A stretch of DNA of 60,503 bases, counting the filler, from Squatina squatina (lineage: Eukaryota), in the NCBI GenBank assembly GCA_031763465.1. It is 3 parts of 2 records of this genome, joined end to end, with 100 filler letters (N's around TTAATTAATTAA, not from the genome) between each part and the next. Parts side by side here need not be neighbours in the genome. Positions count along the whole stretch, not along the records: positions 1 to 23,100 come from JARFOE010000192.1; 2 more parts are not named here. One strand, 5' to 3'. Positions 1 to 11,975 of this stretch are shown here, one piece after another. Both the position numbers and the translations under genes were made by a program. Under the pieces are notes generated by a model, which did not search any database, was not told the DNA's origin, and worked only from the letters and a program-made list of their open reading frames with translations. How positions within the stretch are numbered: the first letter of the stretch is position 1; each line of letters starts with the position of its first letter.

Positions 1-548
1 ATATTTTACAGTCTCTATGGGAGTGTGTTAATATTTTCCCGACTCTGTGGGAGTGTGTAAATATTTCACATTCTCTAATAGAGTGTGTTAATATTTTAGT
101 CTCTATGGGAGTGTGTTCATATTTTACAGTCTCTGGGAGTGTGTTAATATTTTACAGTCTCTATTGGAGTGTGTTAATATTTTACCGTCTCTATGGGAGT
201 GTGTTAATATTTTACCGTCTCTATTGGAGTGTGTTAATATTTTACAGACTGTATTGGAGTGTGTTAATATTTTACCGTCTCTGTTGCAATGTGTTAATAT
301 TTTACCGTCTCTGTTGGAGTGTGTTAGTATTTTACAGTTTCTATGGGAGTGTGTTAATATTTTTCCGTCTCTCTTGGAGTGTGTTAATATTTTACTGTCC
401 CTGTGGGAGTTTGTTCATATTTTACCGTCTTTTTGGGGGTGTGTTAATATTTTACCGTCTCTATGGGAGTGTGTTCATATTTTGCCATCTCTATTGGAGT
501 GTGTTAATATTTTACCGTCTCTATTCGAGTGTGTTAAAATTTTACATT
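1..548. repeat. 30-bp tandem minisatellite, about 18 copies
   Basis: Unit approximately ATATTTTACCGTCTCTATTGGAGTGTGTTA, repeated head-to-tail; gives the 10-aa periodicity of ORFs 105..671 and 113..583. Confidence 0.97.
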
Positions 549-3500
549 CTGACAGGGGCAGATTGGATGATAGGTCCTGGTAAGGCTAGTCGGAGCCTCA
601 GCTGTGGGAATAGGCTTGAATCGCTCACCTCAATGCAGACAAGGTATATTGGAGGCTGCCTGGGGCACTGATGTTTGGGTTACCTGGGCTCTGGTGCTTC
701 AATGCTTTGTGTTTCCTCCTGGAAAGAAGTTTTTTTTTTCTTATCTTTCTACAGGCCAGACAAAGATTGAGAGAGCATGGATCGTATTTGTTTACAAGTG
801 AATTGCTTGGGGATACAGACACATTTTTCTCTTTCATCTTCCCGGCTAATCCGTTCATTAAAATACCTATTATTTTGAAAGAACAGTGATGGTATAAAAC
901 CTCCTATATTAGTGAAGGAGACTTACCTCTCTTTTAGTGTTATGTTAGAGCAGTGTTGAGTGACATGACTGCAACTTCTGCCATCTTTTCTGGTCTCTGC
1001 TTACCTACACTTTACTGAAAAACTAAGAATCGGGCGCATGAACTCTTTCACCATTCTTGTAATCTGTAGGATGATCACTTCATTTTTGATTTTAATATCA
1101 GTACTTAGACTTTTAATGTTAGCACCTTTCAATCCCAGCCTTTAGTAGTACAATATATCACCTATTATTTGCATAATGATATTCATTAGTGCCACAATAA
1201 GCAATTATCAGTAACTTAAACAGCGTATAAGAGAAGGCCCTAAATCACTTCACAACATAATTAATGGATGTGGTATTCCTCAAGGAAACAATCTGAGATG
1301 AAGTCCCTAACCTTCGAGGATTTTTACTGTCGCAAACCTGTTCAACGTCCATCGCAGAAGTATCTTAATTAGGAAGTGGGCTCTCTTCTACTCATTGATG
1401 GACATCTCCGACTCAAAATATCACTTCACTTTCATGTAGGGACTCGGTGGCNNNNNNNNNNNNNNNNNNNNNNNNNNNNNNNNNNNNNNNNNNNNNNNNN
1501 NNNNNNNNNNNNNNNNNNNNNNNNNNNNNNNNNNNNNNNNNNNNNNNNNNNGTTATTTCTTCGAAAAGATGTGAGCAGAACTTCTGCAAAACAGATGTGC
1601 TTTCGAGCAGCCAAGTCTTGATAGGACTGTGATACCCATTAATTTGTTCTTATACCAGAAATATCAAGCAAACAAATAAGGAACATGACCTGTACTTCTG
1701 TCATTCTCAGGAAATGCTGGTCCATAAGGGACCATAAATTGCTGTATAGCAACCTATGTTGATGAAGGAAAACACTGATTTAATAGCTTCAGCTGGCATG
1801 CTATGACACAATTGTTTGCAGGTTTTCATTTCCCCCCAAAAACGATTTGAATGTTGAAGTTATGTGACTTTGTGCCTGCATATTCTCAGTCAGGTGTGGC
1901 ATGTGGTATGGAAAGCCAACATTCAATCAATACTATTGTAACTAGCTGAAAGGGTCTGGAGGAAATGCAAGAGAGCTTCAGACAGATGGATCGGGTATCA
2001 CAAGCAGCGTGTCTGAAAGAATAATGACTGCACAGGAAATGCTTGTATTTTCCACACAATTAGCATCCAAAACAAATAGGATTTCANNNNNNNNNNNNNN
2101 NNNNNNNNNNNNNNNNNNNNNNNNNNNNNNNNNNNNNNNNNNNNNNNNNNNNNNNNNNNNNNNNNNNNNNNNNNNNNNNNNNNNNNCCACCATTCCAGTA
2201 AATCTCTCTCTGCACCCTCTCCAAGGCCTTGACATCCTTTTACTAAAGCATGGTGCCCAGAACTGGACCTATTACCCCAGCCGAGGCTTCTGTTGTCAAA
2301 TAGTTCTTTGAGAAGCAAAACGTAGCAGAGGATTGTGATGATCACTCGCGCCCAGTCACGACGCTGAAATGACTGCTCTGATACAGGCCTACTACCCATA
2401 GAGTCAGTCAGGCACAGAGCCCAAAGGTGTAATAATGCTCTTTGAATGCCTTATCTTGTTCTGTTGTGTAAGTTATGTTGTTTGCACCCTGTTAAATGTC
2501 TTTTTTGTTTGTCAAAAGAGTTGTGTTCGACAGAGGTAAAATGCTGTGTAAGAACGGTAAGAAAGTCAGACTAGAGAGAAAATAAAGTCAAGATACGACA
2601 TTATTCTACATCTCCAAACATTTTTTCTTCTCCCAGAATTCCAAATGGAATTCTACAATAGAATGAATAGAAAATGCTGTTTAATAGTTTTGTCAGGGTC
2701 TTTTTGTCAGACACATGCCCATTATAATTTTAAACATCTTTAAGGGAAAGGATGTTAGATTAATCATAAGTATGACGAAAAGCAGTAGCTGAGAATAAAA
2801 TGCTGTTAAACAAATCCACTGTAGGTGAATTTAGAGGAGGATTATGTATGATGATCTTTTGAATTAAACATAAAGCAACCTGGAAAATTATTACTGCTAA
2901 ATCCTGACAAATGCAGAACTAATTCACCCTGAAATGTTATAGTTGGACAAGGGTTTGTGCATAATAGAAGCAAACAAGAATGGTGAGTTACATTTCATGC
3001 TTGGATTTGGTATGCATTTTTCCACTCTATGCTCTATTATCACNNNNNNNNNNNNNNNNNNNNNNNNNNNNNNNNNNNNNNNNNNNNNNNNNNNNNNNNN
3101 NNNNNNNNNNNNNNNNNNNNNNNNNNNNNNNNNNNNNNNNNNNTTACTAGTAAATGATAGTAAATAGTACCTACTTAATCTGCTGTTAAAGCCACACACA
3201 TAAAATCATGAAAAGGCATATTTGGATTTGGCAATATAAAATTAAGTGAAAAAATGATTAGGGATCAGCTATTACCATTGCGTAGGCTGCTCCCATTCTT
3301 ACTCTAAGCAAAAAATTGAATTTGTCTTCAGGTTATCTGAGATGTGCAAAGTCCATCACCATACTTATGGGTCTCCAAATCAATGGATTACATTTGCCTG
3401 ATAGGGAGTTCATATTATCTGCCAATAGGTACATATTCTATTTACAAAGACCAGAGAAATTGGGTATCGGTTGGTCCCGTGAGGTTCAGAGATTATAGGG

Positions 3501-4577
3501 GTACTGCTGGAAGTTAATCAGCTAGAACCATGCACCTCACTACTATAGAAGGCAGGTAAACTTCCCACTGCTTGTCTAGTCAGGATCACTCTACCCATTA
3601 GGGCACAGGCTTGCAAGATTATCTGGAAGAATTCCAGCCCCGGTAATAAATATAATCCCTCAGGTCTCATAAATCAGTCTGGCTGGCTGTCATTCTTCAC
3701 AGCATCCTGGAGTACTGCAAACCTGCCTAACTGAGGTATCACATTACCTAATCTAGCACAGAGGATTGATTCAGTTCAAAACTCCCATCCTCAGGGGTAT
3801 TATTTTGGAGCCATCTCGACCACAATGAATTATTGCATCAGCAATTAAACACTGCACATCAGCCATGTGTTTTGCCTTAAACAAAACTATATTAATTAAG
3901 TACACAGGTTTCATGGAGTGCTGTGACTACTGAATTTATTACTGATTTTTGCTACTGTTTTGAGTGTCGACGTGGAAAAAACATAATTGGCAAGCAAGTG
4001 AGCCTACTCAGTAACTGGTGCCACAGTCGGAAATAGTCCTACATCTTATTAAGATGCACATTGGCACCACTAAAATTGTTCACACATTTTCAGTCTGCAC
4101 ATTGAAAGATTGAACCAGCTCCTCTTTGCAATCGACACTGCATCAAGAAGAATTGACTTCCTATTCTGTATTCAAATGCACAATGTAACGATCCAATTCA
4201 TGACACTCTAACTAATCAGGTCCATTGTGTACATACCATCAAAGTAATTATGCATAATAAAAGGTTTGACAATGTGAAAACAGTGCCACTTAAATTTCAT
4301 AATATTCAGTGTTTTTTCAATGATTTTTTTCCCTAATGTGCAAATGTTACATAGTTGTTACTGTAAAGATCTGTCTGCTCTACTTTCTTGCTCCAGAAAT
4401 CATTTACTACAAAGCACTGTAATTGTCTTGCCTCTGACAGATTAAATCCCACTAATTACATTAAAAACTGTTCTCGGNNNNNNNNNNNNNNNNNNNNNNN
4501 NNNNNNNNNNNNNNNNNNNNNNNNNNNNNNNNNNNNNNNNNNNNNNNNNNNNNNNNNNNNNNNNNNNNNNNNNNNNN

Positions 4578-4815
4578 GCCGTGACTTCAGCTGCTAAGAC
4601 TTTAAGCTGTGGCATTCCCTCCCTAAACCTCACCGCCTCTTTTTCCTCCTTTAAGATGCTCCTTAAAACCGAGCTCTTTGACTAAGTTTTTGGTCATCTG
4701 CCCTACTCTGCTATGTGGCTCGGTGTCAAATTTTCTTTGATAACGCTCCTGTGACGCACCTTGGAATGTTTTACTACATTAAAGGCATTATATAAATAAA
4801 AGTTGTTGTTGTTAT
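4578..4815 (+). mobile_element. LINE2-type 3' end remnant
   Basis: ggcattccctccctaaacctc...gctccttaaaacc...tataaataaaagttgttgttgtt; related copies at 25588-26090, 27900-28180 and 43428-43780 (minus). Family name from recall. Confidence 0.65.
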
Positions 4816-5611
4816 TCCTGCTCTGTGATAATGAGATCCCAGTCCAAGAACTATGGGTTAATTCATATTTTTTGTGTAGCTTTTCATATACTTTGATGTT
4901 GCGACTTTTGTTAAAGGTCTCCTGCTCAGGACAGAATAAGAGGGGTTAAAAAAGATATGCTTCAAACTATGTCATGCTGTGTCAAGCTTAGAATTCCCCA
5001 AGGATTATGGTGCCTAGCTGTCTGATTTTCTGATTACTCTTCTACAACTATTCAGTCAAAATGGATGAGAAGATGACAGCATTTTTTGTGTTTCAGTTAA
5101 GGTAAGCTATTTACTTTTGAGCTTAACCCCATTGTATGCCTGTGTTCGACTCCATCCTTTCTGGCAGCATAATGAGCTATCTATTGACATTGTACAGTTG
5201 TGTGGTTTCATTTGTTAATAAAACTAAGCCAGAGCTCACAGAGGTATCCTTTTGGAAAGAAAGACTTACATTTACATAGCACCTTTCACAACCTCAGGAC
5301 GTCCCGAAATGCGTTGCAGCCAATGAAGTACCTTTCATATATATACTTACATCTACCTCAGGAAAAATAAACTAATTATAGGGTAGAAATTACAATCGAC
5401 ATTCTTCTCATACAAACGTTTAACATGCTTGTACCAGATTCCTCTCTGCACTATTTTAATGCTTGTGTTAATGGGTTTGTAAGCATTTGCATAAGAACAG
5501 CGCCAATTCTAATATCTGTCTTTTAATGGCACACCACACAGCATATACACTGGGACCCCACTAGGACAGGGTCCAGATCACGGGTTAATGTTGTAGGCGG
5601 ACCGCGTTATA

Positions 5612-5792
5612 CCAGGTCAGGCGCTAGGACTGCAGTGGCACCACTACTGCCGAGGTCGGGCGCTAGGACCATGGTGACACCACTACTACCGAGGTCGGGG
5701 ACTAGGACCGTGGTGACTCCACTACTACCGAGGTCGGGGACTAGGACCGCGGTGACTTCACTACTGCCGAGGTCAGGCGCTAGGACCGTGGT
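5612..5792. repeat. 39-bp GC-rich tandem repeat, about 4.6 copies visible, runs into gap
   Basis: Unit approximately CGAGGTCGGGCGCTAGGACCGTGGTGACACCACTACTAC; 13-aa periodicity in ORFs 5607..5909 and 5635..5982. Confidence 0.93.
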
Positions 5793-7299
5793 NNNNNNNN
5801 NNNNNNNNNNNNNNNNNNNNNNNNNNNNNNNNNNNNNNNNNNNNNNNNNNNNNNNNNNNNNNNNNNNNNNNNNNNNNNNNNNNNNNNNNNNNCCAAGAAT
5901 GCAAGACATTAAAAGAAATCAGCAAAGAAAACTGGAAAGTGCAGAACATGATTTCAAAACTGCACACACAACTGATCTATAATGATAAACAAGCAGGATA
6001 GCCTGGTTGAACACATTAGAGCAATTAAAATCAATTGAAAATGCAGAACATCATTGATATTTTGGATTGGAAGTGAAAATTTCTTTGATTAGGTGGTGCT
6101 TTATGCAGGCCAAGCATAACAAGGTGTTTTTGAAACATCTGGACTTTCTTTTAAATAAATACTATTAAGGTCCCAGCACCGGATCAAACCGATGCAGGCA
6201 ATGGTAGAAGCATAACACTCAATGAATTCGAAAAAAAATATGATCCTGCATTTAACATTCTTTCTGCTTCCTGTATAACAGGGAGGAAATTACCTAAAAG
6301 TAAACATCAGGGTTCTGTGAAATAAGGAACAAAGGCCCACATATGTCCCTCTGGCAGCTCTTAAAAATATTGACAAGGTTGAAAGGTGATGCGTAAGACT
6401 CATAACTGGGAAGTCATCTTAAACAGCAGTACCACATGACTAAAAGAGGCACTTAGATTTTTAAAAGTGTCAGAAAANNNNNNNNNNNNNNNNNNNNNNN
6501 NNNNNNNNNNNNNNNNNNNNNNNNNNNNNNNNNNNNNNNNNNNNNNNNNNNNNNNNNNNNNNNNNNNNNNNNNNNNNTGCCTGACCTGCTGAGTTTTTCC
6601 AGCATTTTTTGTTTGTATTCTAGATTCCAGCATCCGCAGTATTTCGCTTCTGAGTCACTCCATTCATTGCTGTGAATTGCTTTGAGACATTTCACAGGGA
6701 TAAAATGCTATTTGAATACTCATTTCTTATATGTGGCACCTCGTTCTGCACACATTAACTGCCACGTTTCCTACATTATAACAGTGACTGCACCGTCACT
6801 TTGGCATAACCAGCTTTTCTAGCTTTGGGGAAAAGAACCTGGGAAAAGAAGAGATATATTACATTTACTTGCTAAGTTATCATGTAAAAAGTAACTTTAA
6901 ACACAGTTTAGTGACAAGCTCAGAGAGTGAATATCACTGTGATGCATAGCTGTTGAGAAACCACAAACGCTGCAGAATTCACAAACCTGATGGGAGGCCT
7001 TAAGTAGGATCATCCGATCGATAAGGCAGCCATATCAGCCACAGTAGTGCTCAACTCGACCTAAACAATTCTGTTGTGATGTCCAGAGGATACAGAGCAG
7101 GTCTGACTGGCAGGAGTCATTAACACAGCCTTGCCACAAGCAACAAAGTTGACAGTTAAACCTGACGCTTACTCAAGTAGCTGGAATTTAGAGCTCTATC
7201 TCCAGTATCAGTTGATCCACTCCAAATACCTGATTTTGATAAAGGCACTAACACACTGATTTGTAGAAGTTAATTCTGCCCTTTGAGAGATACAGGATT

Positions 7300-7977
7300 A
7301 GTGTGCAACTTTGCTCTCTGCCGAGCTGGCACCTGCGCTTTCCTTTCCCCCTGTCTGGCTGCAGTGCACTTGGGCCCGGTGTCTCACCACATGCAGATCC
7401 GGCCTCTATCTTATCCTCTATATTAAGCAATGTCAGTATCTAAGCTGGTGGTTGCGACTGTGAAATTGAGTGATGCTGTGTCTTCATCTTTACTGGCATC
7501 TTTCTCTTCCTCCACTGGCTGGGCAGGTTGGTGTTCTTGGGTATCTGAAGGGAAAAGGCACAAAGTTAGGGTTGTGTTGAGGGGAGAGGTGCAAGTAAGA
7601 AGTGCATGCTTACACCATCAGCAGTTTTTCAATCAGAAGAGACTGTGGGATGTAGAAGAAGTGGAATGAGAGAAGGAGGGTTAGCTATGCGGATATCCTC
7701 ATCTTCAATGGCTTCAGCCCCACCGGTGGCTACAGCTTCAGCAAAGGTCCTTCCCATAATGGCCAGCACTGTCTTCTCCATGGGGGTTAGAAAAGCAGGC
7801 GCGCCTCTGCCCCTCTGGTTAGTTCCTGCTGCCTCCGGTTGTGTGCCACCTTCTCCTGCAAGAGAGAAGGAAGAAGGTCAGTGAGCATTGTGCAATCTGT
7901 TTGGATGATATGGCTGTCATAGCTGAATAGTGAATAGCTGCCAGTGTGCACAAGCTGTGAGATGTGGGCCTGAGGCT
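7300..7977 (-). mobile_element. Degenerate PIF/Harbinger-type Myb/SANT accessory gene remnant with introns
   Basis: Acceptor ctctcttgcag, then EKVAHNRRQQELTRG...(frameshift)LTPMEKTVLAIMG from 7855 down; second acceptor cccttcag at 7545, then an acidic low-complexity exon with a stop. Resembles the KxAHNRRE..TGGG..LTPxEExVL motif of MSANTD4/NAIF1-like Harbinger proteins. Confidence 0.6.
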
Positions 7978-8077
7978 NNNNNNNNNNNNNNNNNNNNNNN
8001 NNNNNNNNNNNNNNNNNNNNNNNNNNNNNNNNNNNNNNNNNNNNNNNNNNNNNNNNNNNNNNNNNNNNNNNNNNNNN

Positions 8078-8165
8078 CAGCCTAGATTTATGTGCTCAAG
8101 TCCCTGGAGTGGGACTTGAACCCACAACCTTCTGACTCAGAGGTGAGAGTACTATCCACTGAGGA
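8078..8165 (-). mobile_element. tRNA-derived SINE 5' fragment (same family as 36971-37417)
   Basis: Reverse complement matches ctctgagtcagaaggttgtgggttcaag...cttgagcac of the full copy. Confidence 0.8.
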
Positions 8166-9849
8166 AGGAAAATACATTAAACTAGGCAACAAAAAGTGTA
8201 ATTATGGGCTAGAATGGACATAATCTTGGTATACAACACAGGAAACTAGATTACACAAATGTTTCCTGAAATTTAGGTGTTCTGTTGCGCTAATTTTCAG
8301 GAATATAAGAATCAGAAAAACCTTTTCTCCCAGCATGTTTCCATTATAGCTCATAAAATCCCTGCCCTTATCACAGACTTAATGGAACCATTTTTTTTGT
8401 GCTGAACTATAAAATACAGATCGGTTTTATTTTTCTTAAACCATAATTCATTAACATTCTAAGTGAATGTTCGCAGGTCTTGCCATTAAAAACATCTGTT
8501 TCTGAGGAACTAATCTCTCAGGAATGCAATGGTAATATTTAGCATGTAATTATAATTTTACAGTCTACCAGAGGAAATTAAAAGACATGCTTACAGAATC
8601 TATGGGGTGAATGCCAAGTCTGGAAGATTTACCTATCCTTCATTTTTACATATTAATTATGGTAATGCTCAAACTGCTTAAACCTTTTGAACATTTTATA
8701 CATCAGTGGAAATTTTATGGTTAATACAATGGAACAAGTACACATCAAAAGTCAAGTACAATTNNNNNNNNNNNNNNNNNNNNNNNNNNNNNNNNNNNNN
8801 NNNNNNNNNNNNNNNNNNNNNNNNNNNNNNNNNNNNNNNNNNNNNNNNNNNNNNNNNNNNNNNGCAGAGCAGGCTCGAGGGGCCATATGGTCTACTCCTG
8901 CTCCTAATTCTTATGCAACATAAAAAACACAATTATAGCAAAATGAAGATTAAAGTCAATATCCAAAATTCAAGTTGAAACTCAAACAAGCTATTATATG
9001 AAAACCACCCTTAATGGATTTCATTGGGGCCCCCGTCAAAACTATGTTCAGTATTTTTGCCTTCAAGTGTTTTGTCCTATTAAAATGGAAAAATACATTA
9101 TTACTCAATATAAAATGTTACCAAAGCAAATGCAAACTATGTGGCTCACAAGACGTTGAATAATGGATGCTCAGGGGTGAACTTGTCAGACATGCCTGCA
9201 GTCCCAGTCGGATTTGAAGACAAGTACGTGCTTGAGTGCTGTAGTCACTCAAGCATACCCGCACCAGAACCAATTAGGGGACCTCCATATATGCCTGTAT
9301 TTCACTTCCTGACCATCCATTGTTTTTTCCAATGTTTCATGCAATGCTACATTGATCTATGCACAAGTGAGCAAGATTTGAGTCAGGGCTGTGAAGCGCT
9401 TTTCCATGATGTAAAAAGAGTATAGAAATGCAGTCCAGATCAGTCAATAGTTGTGTCAAACTGTCAAAGCTTCATCAGCAATGACACTGAGCAGTTTTTA
9501 TATTTTGCTTCCACTTACATTATTCTTTTTCTAGACGCTGACAGTTTTGACTGTACGTTTCAAGATAATTTAATGGAATGTGTGAATTGGGAATTTCGTG
9601 GCTTTTTTGGAATTTAAAAATAATATAAAAGTCAGGGGAAAGCCTTCAATTCTTCCCACACAAAGCTGTCAAATTGGCTTTAATCTCAAGTATATCCTTC
9701 TCTGGCTACAATGTATGGCATTCAACCTGTCTCCCCGCCAAAGTCTTCTGCCAATTCTTCACTCTATTTTTACCTCTCAGAATATTTTTACACAGAATGA
9801 TTGCATCTTGAGCTGACAAACATATGCAAAGGACATATTGTAATGCACC

Positions 9850-10490
9850 CAAACCGGGGTCTGCATTCGGGGCCCCATCATTGCAGGGGGCGCCGCACCC
9901 GCAGCAAGGGTCACTGACCTGGAATTGGGGACTTAGTCACCATCCTGCGTCGGCCGCGACCCCACCCCTGCCTTAAAGGGGAGGGCCACAGGCTGATGTA
10001 AGGGAGGCCAGCCAAGCGCCGCTAGACCACCAGGGAGCCGGATCCGGGCAGTGAAAAATGCCTGCATGCCAGAGTGTGTTGACAAGTGGGGCCGGCGGCG
10101 AGGGCGACCGATTGGCCACCAGACATCGGCTGACGATGAAGTCGGCCGATGTAAAAACATGGCGGCCGGCAGCGCTGTCACCACGCCTTTAACGTGCCTT
10201 GGCAACGACAGGTAAAACCTGTCTTTGCCAATGCCTGGGGCCTCACTGGTGATCTGCCCTCCAATTTTGGAGGCGGCTCGCCAGCGACACAGAGGGGGGT
10301 GTCGCAGGCCAGTATAGAGGAATCGATGCGCAGCTTGATGACGCGCGTGCCTTACCCCAACGCCAATGGCGTCCTCGGCGAGGAGGCCTTAGCGCCGCCA
10401 GAGCGCCAGGCCCAATTTTGATCCATGCTGCTTTCATGCCCGGGTAGCATGGCTGTTCAGCACTGCCTGGGCGGGACAGCACACCACTTG
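9850..10490. repeat. GC/CpG-rich interspersed repeat, probably a non-autonomous DNA transposon fragment
   Basis: Abrupt GC-rich block in AT-rich DNA, no recognisable protein or splice structure; similar GC-rich patches at 33625-33950 and 60100-60503. Confidence 0.45.
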
Positions 10491-10975
10491 GGCCCTCTAT
10501 GTATTTTCCATCAGAAATATTTTTACTGGCAGAAGCTTTATGAAGTTGCTCACTTTCCCTCACTTCCCATTCGACTAATTTCTCTTTCGAAAGGAAGATA
10601 CCAATGATGAAGCCAAATGCCTTTTGCAGGATGTACCAAATTACGCAGCTTATTTATGCCACCTCTGAACTTATAGCTAATGTCGGCAGGCCGTTTTACT
10701 GTTTGAAAGCTACAACAGGATTATAATTCATTAGATNNNNNNNNNNATGTAGTATTGCAATTTCTTGGCATTGACAGGCCATTTTCAAAACTACTGCGTT
10801 TGGAATTTCCACATGGGTTCTTCTGATTTCCTGCTATAACTTTGGCAGAAGGTTAGGAGGATCTCTAAAGAAACGACATATAACAGCTGTTTACACTGTC
10901 TTCCTTGGGGTTTATGGCGGGAGATCAGGGCATCCTCGCGGAAACTGTACTCGCTGATCCCTGAAAGCTTACTCT

Positions 10976-11171
10976 CATGGGGGTAGAACATGACTTTGTG
11001 CAACAGTATAAATTGGGTGAGTGCAAGTCAGCAGCCCATTTTACATCTCTCTCGATTTTTTTTTTGCATCGTACTTCAATGGAAATAAAAATTGTGAGAG
11101 ATATAAAACGAGCTGCCAACTTGCTTTAACTCCTTTTACACTATCGCACAAAGTCAAGATCTACCCCCATG
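10976..11171. mobile_element. MITE-like element with imperfect terminal inverted repeats
   Basis: Left end CATGGGGGTAGAACATGACTTTGTGCA vs reverse complement of right end CATGGGGGTAGATCTTGACTTTGTGCG (24/27 match); about 200 bp, no ORF. Confidence 0.75.
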
Positions 11172-11352
11172 ATGTTTAATACAATAGCTATCGGACAAGG
11201 TGGGTGCTAACAATATAATCTACATATTCAGATTCAATTCTGTAGATAAGTANNNNNNNNNNNNNNNNNNNNNNNNNNNNNNNNNNNNNNNNNNNNNNNN
11301 NNNNNNNNNNNNNNNNNNNNNNNNNNNNNNNNNNNNNNNNNNNNNNNNNNNN

Positions 11353-11394
11353 AGGGCTCCTGGCAGTAACAGAAGAGTTACTGCCAGGAGCCCT
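11353..11394. repeat. Perfect inverted repeat: 18-bp arms, 6-nt loop
   Basis: AGGGCTCCTGGCAGTAAC-agaaga-GTTACTGCCAGGAGCCCT, starting at the first base after a gap. Confidence 0.95.
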
Positions 11395-11825
11395 GCCTGC
11401 ATGCATATAATATACAGCACAGAAACAGGGCATCCAACCCAACTAGTCTGTGCTGGTGTTTATACTCCACACGAGTCTTCTCCCATTCTATCTATCTCAT
11501 CTCAACTTTTCAGCATATCTTTTTACGTCTGGTGACAAACTGAAAAAGACAGATGCAAAGAAATCACAAGAGCAATGAGAAGCCTGATCAATGTGTCAGT
11601 ACCATTGCACAAAAATCCAGACTTACTGTAAGCCAAAAACAATTATACAATTATGCAATTATACAACGCCTTTAACGAAGAATAAAGTCCCAAAGCACAG
11701 GATCCACACACACAAACAAAAAAACTCACACACAGTTACTGATATATCACAATCATTTGCTCCATAATGTATTCCCACAGAATATCAGAAACATTGGTTG
11801 GGGAGATGAGCTGTAAGAATCCTAC

Positions 11826-11975
11826 CTGCTGATAAGCTCTGTAAATGACATCAAAAGTGAAGGCTTGGGGCATTTCACTAGCTCTGTATTTGGCACGTTC
11901 CAAAGAATGATCAAGATAGCCTTCTGGGTTGGTTGCAACGACTGTGGAAACAAGTGGTCTGACAACCCCGGCTGC
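11826..11975 (-). CDS. CRPPA: CDP-L-ribitol pyrophosphorylase A (ISPD), internal exon, 150 nt, phase 0-0
   Basis: ttgttcttag|[50 protein letters not shown]|gtagga; matches recalled human [13 protein letters not shown]...[27 protein letters not shown]. CRPPA neighbours SOSTDC1 in human. Not in the ORF track. Confidence 0.95.

Noticed and set aside
1-548. CRISPR array, also considered for 5612-5792 and 34475-34805
   Set aside because: Units are head-to-tail with no unique spacers, there are no cas genes, and the context is vertebrate.
925-1063. Minus-strand exon-like segment with two GTAAG donors
   Set aside because: No recognisable peptide (not AGMO, MEOX2 or CRPPA as recalled); splice-like motifs alone are insufficient.
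2335-2381. C/D-box snoRNA-like pattern (GTGATGA...CTGA...AATGAC...CTGA) and a 13-nt match to the M13/lacZ primer (CCCAGTCACGACG)
   Set aside because: Only 47 nt, with no terminal stem and no rRNA complement over 8 nt that I can identify. The vector match does not extend, so it is likely chance.
5056-5107. Plus-strand AAG|GTAAGC donor with nearby acceptors; similar 33-nt candidate near 54990-55022
   Set aside because: No supporting homology, and such motifs are frequent by chance.
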